From the NCBI GenBank assembly GCA_964035545.1, contig OZ037768.1, forward strand, positions 24,151,319 to 24,215,318: a stretch of DNA of 64,000 bases. Direction: 5' to 3'. The stretch comes from Bugula neritina (taxonomy: Eukaryota; Animalia; Bryozoa). A program made the position numbers and the translations under genes. Below, piece after piece: positions 1 through 10,800 of the stretch; the stretch's first letter is position 1; each line of letters opens with the position of its first letter. Below the pieces are notes generated by a model that was given only the letters and a program-made list of their open reading frames with translations, was not told the DNA's origin and ran no database searches.

Positions 1-3000
1 AGATAGTATTTAAAATTTTAATTTACAATAGATCAAGCTTTATTACAAAGTTTTGTTATCTCTAGCGTTTATATACCAAATTAAATATGTTATAACTCTT
101 CATCAGAACTGTGTTTGTTGCCATCATCATCATAATCAGGCTCTTTGTTTGAAAAAGAAGACTGGCCACTTTCGTTGTTGCAATCGAAACATTCACATAA
201 ACCACAGCATTTCATCATCAGGCGCTTGCATTTGCATGCTTTACTCTTACAGCCTGCTTTTTTGCATTTACATGCTGTTAAAATCACATCTGCGTTGCTC
301 TCAAAATCATATTTTATTGGAGTCAAGTTGGTATCCCAACCATGGTCAAAAATTGGCTGATGAAGTAAATTAGGTGTAAAAGAAAGTTGCCAAAGTGTAA
401 CTTGATAATTGGCTCGTTTCACGTGATATTCTAGGGAATTCCTACTAGGTGGTAGCTGTGCTTCACTGGAGACATTTTTTAAAGCCAATATTTTATATCT
501 TGCTTCAGTAATATCATCATAGGCACCATATAGGTTGGAGACAAATCATTCACACTCTAAGTATGTTTCTTCTGATACTGGGGACCAATCATTAGAACCT
601 AAAGACAGATTATAGCTTTCCTTTTCAAGTACCTCCAAAGCACGCTTTTTAGATATTCGGAAGATAGAACTTACTGAGTCACAACCTGTAAGTGCATGGA
701 GTGATAATAGATTCTTGAGAACTTTTTGTAGATTTTTTTGGCTGATTCAAAAAGAGACATATATCTTCTGTGACTCCCCATTCCAACGAAGATTACTACA
801 TCTTTATTAGCGTGCTCAGTTAAAACATTACTAAGATGATGTTAAGCGCAATAATAGCAACATTGGTATCTACTGATCTTATTACTACCAAATCGTAATC
901 ACTCAGTGCATCAGCTGCATGAAGGATTAATCTCAAGTCTGCTTCATCATGATTGGATTTCAATTTGTTACAATTTTAACGATAATGGTTTTGCAGAACA
1001 CAGACTTCTTTGGCGCTACACACTAAAAATGTACCAGCTGGAATTTTCTCAATATGTCTTCTCCATGCACCTTCACTATGTAATCTACCAACTCATTTTT
1101 GTTGTGAATATTGCTCAGAAAAGCACTCCAGTTTTTAGGAACAGGCAGGTTGTTATGAATAATGGAAATAGAGCACATCTATTGGGCACCCCGTCTAATA
1201 CGCTCTTGTGCTTTAATTAATGTTTCAGAATACACGTCAAACACTACATCAACCCTTGTATATCCTTTGCCACATTCAAGAAATATTTCCAACATCTTCA
1301 GAGCATAGCTATAAAAAGTGCCTGATGTTTTTGTCGAGTGAAGTATGCACATACCATCAATAATGATCGATTTGTTGGTGGACAGTTGACTATCATCATT
1401 GGAGACCCTGTTTCCAAGATATTTCTGTTCCAAAATATGCATTAGTTGCAATTTGCATGTTTTTCTCATCTGTCCGTTTTCAGTAAATAGAGCAAGAGGA
1501 ATGGGACCAATTTTTTTCTCTAGAACTGTATGCAAATCTTTGGCACTTTTGGCACTTATGAGAAGTTTAGCAAATGATATTTTAGGAACATTTGGTTTAA
1601 TGGCCGGTTGAAGTGATTTAGCCACAAAGTCAAAGGAAGGGATTTTAAGCCGGTGAATAGCAGTGTAAAATGGTTTTATTGTATTCAAAAGTCTATCTTG
1701 AAAAAACTTTTGAGCCATAGCAGTCACTATTGACAAGAAGGTCTCCGCATCGGGACTTACTCCAGTAGCAATATTAATAAGTTCAGTTGAAGTATTGCTA
1801 AACAACTTAACATCAAACTGCTGCAATGTAAAAAGAATTGCTTGTGTATCAATCTCATCCGTCATAGTTGTAATGATTGTGTCTTCCTTGTGTAGTGTTG
1901 ATGACTGTGAGGCTATTTGGCAAAAATCCTTTTGCAAAGAAAGCAGTTGGGCTCTGATATGACTAGTTAAGAACCATTTTGTCCGAGCTTCTTCATGGTT
2001 GCTAATGCCAATAATGCCTCCAGATGTTTTACTGTCTCGGTTCAAAGTTTGCTCCAAGACTTGATCTGGAGCCATACCTGCAATTTTTTTCCTGTCCTGT
2101 TTACGGTGAATGAACCCTTTGCAAACATTCCATAAACTTCTGGAGCAGATTCAGGCAAATTTAGCATATCAATAAGGTATATAGGCAGCCACCTTGAGTA
2201 GTTTGTGCGATCATATGCAAAAAATACTGGTAGCATTGCCTGCATACTGTCCAAATATAATTGCCAGTTGCCACTACGCTCAGCTCGAATATGTCCCAAC
2301 ATGGCTTCTACTGCATGAAGGTAGGAATTCCAGAACATTGAAAGGTTAGATTTTAATTTAGTATCAGAATCAAACTTTTTTATAGCAGTAGCAACTTTAT
2401 CTGCAACAGTGGTCCATTCACGCAAGTTATCGTCAATAGAAATACGTATTATGAGACTCTAATGGGTCAAACTGATCATTTTATTGAAGCCATTCCGAAA
2501 GAAATTTTAGTTTCTGCCTCGATATTGCCTCATACAAAATCTTGTGTGCCCGTACACCTCTGTTATTATGCTTACCACATAGCACCTGTTTCACTGTAAC
2601 TTCAGAATATATATCACTGTGTACAAGAACTTGGGCGAGGCCGCTTGATTTTACCATTTTGCCAAGTGCTGCCATGTAATTCATCAAGATATGAAAACCG
2701 CCCATTCGAATTATTGTGTTTGAAAATTCAGTTGGTTTGTTCCATTGAATCTCTTTGGCCATCTTGTAGATAGCTTGGTCAAATGTAATTACTGAATGTT
2801 TCTGATTTAAAACTTTCATAGTTTTCTTTAGCTGCAGAAGGATTGTATAAATTGTTGATGGATCTGTTGATGGTGCATTAATCATTGGGCAATACCCAAT
2901 GACTGATCTTTTATTATCTTCTGTGGCAACCAAATTTCTTACATTAAAGCTACTCCAGCTGGGGCAGTTATGTGTAGAAGGACTTATATCCAATTGAAAT

Positions 3001-4295
3001 AGTTTGATTGGGGCAAGTCTTGCCAATAGCCATGCTGTATTTAGATTACATGAATCCTCAAGTGACTTTTTCATATTCAGCAATGTCTCTTGACTAAGTT
3101 TTGTGATAAAATATGATTTTGAGAGCAACGCAGATGTGATTTTAACAGCATGTAAATGCAAAAAAGCAGGCTGTAAGAGTAAAGCATGCAAATGCAAGCG
3201 CCTGATGATGAAATGCTGTGGTTTATGTGAATGTTTCGATTGCAACAACGAAAGTGGCCAGTCTTCTTTTTCAAACAAAGAGCCTGATTATGATGATGAT
3301 GGCAACAAACACAGTTCTGATGAAGAGTTATAATATATTTAATTTGGTATATAAACGCTAGAGATAACAAAACTTTGTAATAAAGCTTGATCTATTGTAA
3401 ATTAAAATTTTAAATACTATCTTATTTATAAATAAATACAATTACAAATGTCTACCAATATCTGATATAAAAGAGCATAGTAATTGCTTGTGATGCTGAA
3501 ATCATAATATTACTTTTTTATGAACCATATTTTATGTTACTATACTTATGGATAAAAAAATCGAATATTAGTGGTCTGTTAATTATTGCTGACACTCAAT
3601 TTATACAGTAAATATTGAATATTAATACTCAATAGTATTGATCGTAATCAATGATTCAAAATAAGTCAATAAGCTAATATAAATACGCTAAGAATACATT
3701 TTTATCATGCTGATGTTGTTCCTATCAACAAAGAGCAATATTATTGGGTAGAAATGCAATAATTTTTAACGGAGGAGATAACTCCCGTTTTATGTTTTTT
3801 ATTTGTCATGGTTGGGAAAGATGTTATATAGTTCAGAACGTAATGAAAATCGGAGAGCATTATTAGAACACAATAGAGTATTTTCATACCAAAAATCAAC
3901 ATTCTAAATGCTAGAACAGAAAAGTAGCAGTTTAGAGAATATCCGGTATATGCAAAAAAGTAGTTTGTCATATTATAGGCTCCGCCCACTTTTTTATTTT
4001 TGGTCCAAACTTTTGTTAGAGAAAGTTTCATATGTGTATAACATTCCTTGAAAATATTTTTAATGTCAAACTTAAACTACTCAGAAAATTAAATATTTAG
4101 AGTTCCAAAGTCCCCCCTTGAAAAATGCTGAACCCCTGTATATCCACCCCTCTCACGAGAGAACCCCCCCAGATACAAAAAAGGTACTCGCAGATCTGAG
4201 ATCAGTAGAATGTTGGCTTTGCAGTGATATATAGCAACAAAGGTTAGTATTGATGTGCTCCACCCGCCCATTTTTGCATGTTGGCACCCCCACTA
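1..4295 (-). mobile_element. Decayed Academ (AcademX-type) DNA transposon in a CSNK2B intron; 5' part replaced by an inverted copy of its own 3' end
   Basis: Minus-strand fragments carry the transposase motifs ITFDQAIY and IRMGGFHI...ALGK...SGL (2481..3105), HIRAERSGNW...AYDRTNYSRWL (2042..2425) and PDQVLEQTLNRDSKTSGGIIG / IIDGM / RVDVVFDVY (1179..2075). XPG-like motifs HDEADLR (~930-950), DTNV (~860-872) and HALTGCDS (~678-700) follow, then a C-terminal Cys-rich CKCKK.GC....CKC......C.GLCEC..C finger (90..488). This order matches AcademX. Several stops and frameshifts. Putative terminus ...GCACCCCCACTA at 4295. Confidence 0.75.
3106..3422 (+). repeat. Inverted repeat arm; reverse complement of 1..317 (probably extends to ~4295 and beyond the left window edge)
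   Basis: 3106..3422 reads as the reverse complement of 317..1 with only one mismatch noticed; it re-encodes the Cys finger on + (ORF 3103..3333). Confidence 0.95.
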
Positions 4296-4357
4296 TATGC
4301 AAATATTATTATCAAGTCTTCGAGAGAGAATTTGAGAGAGAGACATGTGTATCATAC

Positions 4358-5708
4358 CTCGATTAGTCATGATGTATCTAGCGTGGATCAAGCCGTACAG
4401 CATTTCCGCAGCTTGCTCTACAATGTCACTTTGGCCGGGGTTCTCGTCCATCTCATCATCAGGTTCTAGGTCTAAGATCATATCCAGAGCTTGTCTGTAG
4501 TGAGGTACCTTGAATGGATACAGAGACACGAGTGTTAGTAGCTAGAGGGGAGGGGAAGGAGGCAGTCATTGTGACTTTCTTAATAAGTAATAACTACATG
4601 TTGCTATAAGAGGTCAATAGAAAAGGTCAATGTAAATGGTGGTAGTATCCGAATTAGATTCTTTCAATAAACTTGAAAGCAAATAGTATTTATATGTTGC
4701 TATAAGAAGTCAACTATAAAATGTCAATAGAAAAATTAACAAAATATAGTGAAAAGCTGGGTTTTCTACCTGTTCATTGAGTCCTGTCAAGTTGAACTTA
4801 TCCTGAATATAGTCCTCGTCAACCTAAAGACAGAGAGAGCAAGTGATAGACTTAAGATAGAAGAAGTTACATATTTTATTTATTAAGTTAGCCATTTTTA
4901 GTAATTTTACAATACATTATTACTTATTTTTCAATATTTTCAACAAATGGTATATGTAGTATGAACTGTATCCAACAGGGAGAACAAAATAAATTTAAAA
5001 AGTAAAAACTGCTCTATTGATAGGAGTGAGTCATGTTATACTGACAGGAGTGAGTCATGCTATATTGACAGGAGTGAGTCATGTTATACTGACAGGAGTG
5101 AGTCATGTTATATTGACAGGAGTGAGTCATGCTATACTGACAGGAGTGAGTCATGTTATATTGACAGAAGTGAGTCATGTAATACTGACAGAAGTGAGTC
5201 ATGTTCTATTGACAGGAGTGAGTCATGCTATATTGACAGGAGTGAGTCATGCTATATTGACAGGAGTGAGTCATGTTCTATTGATAGGAGTGAATCATGT
5301 TATACTGACAGGAGTGAGTCATGTTTTATTGATAGGAGTGAGTCATGCTATATTGACAGGAGTGAGTCATGTTATATTGATAGGAGTGAGTCATGTTATA
5401 TTGACAGAAGTGAGTCATGTAATACTGACAGGAGTGAGTCATGTTCTATTGACAGGAGTGAGTCATGTTCTATTGACAGGAGTGAGTCATGCTATACTGA
5501 CAGGAGTGAGTCATGTTCTATTGATAGGAGTGAGTCATGTTCTATTGACAGGAGTGAGTCATGTTCTATTGATAGGAGTGAGTCATGTTATACTGACAGG
5601 AGTGAGTCATGTTTTATTGATAGGAGTGAGTCATACTTCACAGAAGAATTCATTTCCTCTGAGACCACAGAACCAGTTGATCCATGAGACTTCTTCTGAG
5701 CTACTCAT
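4358..5708 (-). CDS. CSNK2B: Casein kinase II subunit beta, first three coding exons (gene continues left of the window)
   Basis: Exons 5708-5637 ([24 protein letters not shown]), 4823-4770 ([18 protein letters not shown]) and 4508-4358 ([17 protein letters not shown]...[19 protein letters not shown]). Near-identical to canonical CK2beta; GT-AG sites in frame. Confidence 0.97.
5017..5634. repeat. 24-bp minisatellite, ~26 copies, starting at +3 of the CSNK2B first coding-intron donor
   Basis: Unit TTGACAGGAGTGAGTCATGTTATA; abuts the donor GAA|GTATGACTCAC on the minus strand. Confidence 0.95.
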
Positions 5709-6149
5709 TATGTCTTTTTCTAAAATTAAACCAACTCTATAATACTATGTGCTTCATACAACTTAGGCTGCCATTTTGCCATGTCTTTCAGTATATCTAA
5801 TAAAAATCCAACGTTCTACTGACACACACAAATCAGTTGCTGTAATTGAACTCGCGCATTACTGTTAAATTACCAAATTGCCAAATCATACAGCAAGACA
5901 TAGTTTTATACTGCTTTTTAAACATCTCAACTTGTTCGCAGTTGAAACATAAAAATACAACAGCATATGCCATCTTAAATGAACAAACTAGTTTAAATTA
6001 TAATATTAATATAGGCCTGATGCTATTGGACAATAGGTTTGTTTCATATTGTGATGGATTTTGGGAGTTGCCTTTTTATATACCATGTTTAGCCTTGTCG
6101 TAACTTATTGTTTATCTTTTCCGTCCCATTTTTCTTTTGTGCACTGTAA

Positions 6150-6246
6150 ACCGATTTTCGACCGAAGTCGGGCATTTCGGAAACTTGGGCGTCCGAATCG
6201 GAGCTCCAAAGTTTCTGAGATGACCGGTTTTCGGCCGAAGATCGGT
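6150..6246. repeat. GC-rich imperfect hairpin, probably a MITE/transposon remnant
   Basis: ACCGATTTTCGACCGAAGTCGGGCATTTCGGAAACTT pairs imperfectly with AAGTTTCTGAGATGACCGGTTTTCGGCCGAAGATCGGT. Confidence 0.5.
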
Positions 6247-7589
6247 AAAATATTTTGGAAGTCGGAAAAACATCCAATTTCCAGAGTATATAAGGAGGCA
6301 AGCTTTCAGTGTAGAGTTAGTCTACCACTGAAGCTCGCCAGAGAAGGTCCTACCATAGATACTACTACTACCTTCACTACTCAATAAAGATTCATATATA
6401 GCCTACATCTGGGCAAAGACACTCTCTGCTTCTCTACTCAATCCTAAGGAGTTATGTTATCCACTTAATTATTTCTAAACCCACCAAATTTTTACAATAT
6501 TAGTGCTTGAAGTTGAAAAAATACTAATTTAGCAGTGAACATTACAATATACATATTTATAATAATTATAAATTGCCATAAAACTTATTCACTATTGTCA
6601 TAGTAGCATTATAGCAACACCAAATTCAATATTCATACTATAACTACTATACTCTATTAATATTATTAACACCAACAGTCAATGGTCACTATGACTATTG
6701 GTTGAAACTTAAATTACCAAAGGTACTGTAGATGAGCAAATAAAAACCACCAATCAACAACGCAGGCCCCAAATTAAACTCAAAATAACAAAATTAAAAG
6801 TAAACAAAGAGCATAAAAATATTATAGAATGAACAAAAGATAATTCAATTCGAACGGAAGAATATTAATATAATAATAGTTATAGTGTCACTGTATCAGT
6901 ATGTGCTCTGCCTTCAACTTCAAGTGTGATCTTTTTCTGTGAACATAGCTATTTATATTGTCTATTAGTATTTTAACTACGACTGTGAGTATGAGTATGA
7001 GTATGACTACTACTCAGACTACTGTCATTATGATTTTTTAAAAACTGAAAAACTAAAATCACAAGTCAAAATAAAGGCTAAACTAGAAGTTAAAACTTAA
7101 AAGACAAAGTAAAGTGGAAACTTAAACTTAAAGAAGAACTATAAGTAGAAGTTTACGCTAACTCTAACTCTAAGACTAAGACTAAGAGTAAGCACACATC
7201 TTCATCTTGATACTTAAAACAGTATTTTGAAAGCTAAGGTAAACTAAAACCGCAAATGTTGACAAAAAAAATTACTTTCATATCCAACCACCACGGTCAT
7301 AACAAAAATTACATAAGTGAATGGCGAAAAGTTGGAATATAAAAGCTTTTTTGCATTCAGGCGACCTGACCGATAATTAATCAAGCTAGCTTCGTACTGA
7401 AACTATAACGAAAACGAGCTCAGGAAATGACTCAGTTGCTAACCTGTTTTAGTAAAAACGGACTCTCTAGTTAAGCTATTCTCTGAGCACGTTAAGCTTG
7501 ATTGTTTGGCGTAATTGATGAGCACCCGACAGTTTCTGCGTAATTCTAAAGAATACAGCTTTTCACTACTACAGTGTAATGTTGAATAG

Positions 7590-7799
7590 TTCTATAAGCA
7601 ACTACGAGTTTGGGGTGAACAAGCACAGTAGTTCGGAGTTCTCGAAGTTAGCCTAGGGCCACACGGTGCGTATTTTCGCATGCGAAAATTGAAATCACAA
7701 GTAGCAAAGGTGTCCACTGCAGATTGGAGGTCTTCGACTACAAACCTGAGAACGCAAACTTACTGCATTCACCCCCAATTCGGAGCTGCTTATAAAACT
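7590..7799. mobile_element. Old palindromic element interrupted by a solo 69-bp Harbinger-MITE terminus (7651..7719)
   Basis: Arms GTTCTATAAGCAACTACGAGTTTGGGGTGAA and TTCACCCCCAATTCGGAGCTGCTTATAAAAC are imperfect inverted repeats. 7651..7719 is identical to the left TIR of the MITE at 12317 and is preceded by TTA. Confidence 0.7.
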
Positions 7800-7843
7800 A
7801 TACGTAAATGTTGTTCAGTTGAGAAGAACGTGCAGAAATTAAT

Positions 7844-10800
7844 ATGACCTCGAAATTCGAATACAAGTTATTGATTCATTCTGCTGCCCAAATCATACAA
7901 GTCGCTGACTCTGGTCAGAATGTTGCAATTGGGAAGAATATGCGTTTGTTACCAACTATTCAAGGAAATGCTGATGATGGTTGCTGCCTTGTCATAGACT
8001 AGTTAGTAAAACTAAAAGTAAATGATAAAATTAAATCACATCTATTGCTAAGCTTAAAGTTAAACTTGATGTTATTGTTATCAGTTATCACTGTAAAACT
8101 AAATGACTATCGGTAGTTGTTATTATAATTATATGATTATCATAGTCACTGTCAGTGGCATACTGATAGTGATACTGATAAAGTTGAACTATTTTCAATT
8201 TAATACACTGCATTTTCATTTTGACTTTCATTTTCATTTTGTCACTCAAACTATCACTATGAGTATGACTGAGCAAGTTAAGCAGAAATATTTGAACTAT
8301 AAAATTAAATGTCTATCGAAGTTGGCCACTAAACCTAATTCTAATGGTTACAGTAATAGTAATACTATTAGTCTAATACTAATACAAATACTGAAATAGT
8401 AATGCTAATACAAATAGTAATACTAAGCCTAGTGGCAATTTTTTTGTTTTTTGCCGTTTTAGTAAAGGAAAATTTGCTGCTATTGGACTAAATTCAGAAA
8501 TAAAGTCAGCGTATGGTGATAGATGTGAAGAATGGTATGATGCAACTGGCCAGTCTGTTATACCTGGTAACTACTAGTACTTTAGCCCATTATAACTAAC
8601 TCATCATAACTAGTAGTAGTTGCTAACTTTTTGCTCCTTCAATTTCGTAGTCTTCAGGTTTACCAACATTTTAGTTTTAGTGGTGATTTCTTAGTATTTT
8701 GGAGCGTCTTGGAAATATTTTGCCATAGGTTTAAAGTTTAAGGAGCAAAAATGAAATACTAGTTGATATTTTAGAAATCACTGGTTCAAAGTCAGTATTT
8801 TATTTGAGAATCTCTCTAACTGCAATATCACATAAACTTTATAGACTCTGCTTTACATGTCCTTAAGATGATTTGTAGGGCTGGTAGATGGCCACACCCA
8901 CACAGTCTGGGCAGGTGATCGGGTACACGAGTTTGCTATGAAGGTAACTGAAAGAAACTATCTAAATAAGTTGGGCTATATGATGCATGTATTATGACAT
9001 GTTTGTTTTCTGATTATGGGGGATGAGGCCAATTTGTATCATGTATAATATATATGAGTTTATGGCTACTTGTGTACGACTACTGCCGTCTAGGTGGGAG
9101 AGAGAATATTGATGAGTTTGTAAACTTAATATTGAAATGAAATAATTCAAAGGTCAACCTCTTCTGTCTTAGTGATGAAAACTTTACTATATTTACTGTT
9201 GCTTTGTTATCTCTAATAAGTGAAAAAATGTGCTGCGCTATAGAATACTGATTAGTTGTAAAACTTTTGCCCCCACTGGGATTCTAACCCTGGACCTCCG
9301 ACTTGCACATCTAGCGTGCTAACCCTTACACCACAGGGACTACCGGATTCCTAACATCTTTCATATAATATGATGACACAGCTGGAGGGAGCTACTTATA
9401 TGGACATACACAATGCTGGTGGTGGTATTCATTCTACTGTCCAGAGCATATTGAAAGCTACTGAAGACGAACTGTATACTCTCTTCAAGTCTAGACTGCA
9501 TCAACTTCTCAAGTCAGGTGAGCTCATTAGACTTAGAAATGATTTCATTAGACTTAGAAATGATTTCATTAAACTTAGAAATGATTTCAATAGACTTAAA
9601 AATTATTTCATTTGACTTAGAAATTATTTCATTAGACTTAGAAATGATTTCATTTGACTTAGAAATGATTTCATTTGACTTCGAAATGAGTTCATTTGAC
9701 TTAGAAATGACTTCATTTGACTTAGAAATGATTTCATTTGACTTAGAAATGATTTCATTAAACTTAGAAATGATTTCAATAGACTTAGAAATTATTTCAT
9801 TAGACTTAGAAATTATTTCATTTGACTTAGAAATTATTTCATTTGACTTAGAAATTATTTCATTTGACTTAGAAATTATTTCATTAGGCTTAGAAATGGT
9901 TTCATTTGACTTAGAAATGATTTTATTTGACTTAGAAATGATTTCATTAGATATGGAAATGAGTCTGTTGACAGCAAACCTTCTGTTTAAGCTGAAATTT
10001 ATTACTGCAAATTGGGGGGAGACAATTAGGGGAAGGTGGGGTAAGTTGGGTCAAGGGGCAAGTTGGGTCAGGCCATTTTCTCAAAAACTGTAATGCTAGG
10101 AAACTGAATAGTTAGGTCAAGAAGTAAAGGCCAAACTAAAATAACTTCCTGCTATTACAACAACACTATCAAAAAAGAGGTGAGTGAAATATTACCTAAT
10201 ATCAATATTTTTGCTTTATTTGACATTCTGTTCACCAAAACAGTAGACCAAAACTTTGTCATTAAGCATGAGGTTAGAGTGCTGATGTTTTGTGTCATGA
10301 ATACTTGAGTAGTTAGCTTATATTTGGTGGATTATAAAACTTTTTAAATTAATTTTTTCATGCAAAAATTACATGCTTTACAAAATTGCTGCCAATGGGG
10401 CAAGTTGGGTCAAAATTTTGGGGCTAGTTGGCTCAGTGGCCCAACTTGCCCCAAGTCACTAAACATAGTGTTAATGTAATATTATTGTTGCAGATCGTGA
10501 TACTGGATAATCAATGCTCACATATATCCTTAGAGAGTCTGTAACTCTTGCTAAAAAATCAGGAGTTGTTCTACTCACCTTGCCACCACATACTTCACAC
10601 CAATTACAGTCTCTGGATAGAACTGTTTTCGGTCCAATGAAAACATACTTCAACAAGGCAATGGATAACTAAATGATAACCTATCTGAACATGAGCATAA
10701 AAGTGAAAGACATTGGCGCCCTAACAAAGCGAGCATTTGGGCAAAACATGACTGTTGCTAATATAACATCGGGCTTTCGCTCATCTGGCATATTCCCATC

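Noticed and set aside
3106-3278. N-terminus of the 265-aa ORF 2481..3278
   Set aside because: Chimeric artefact: antisense read of the inverted arm fused to the broken transposase.
5014-5742. 241-aa + strand ORF and similar repeat ORFs (9518, 15080, 22628, 35635, 50150, 53990)
   Set aside because: Stop-free frames of tandem repeats lying inside introns of recognisable genes.
9268-9342. Functional tRNA gene
   Set aside because: The B-box is mutated (GGTTAGAATCC), the stems pair poorly and it continues into a non-tRNA body; better explained as a SINE head.
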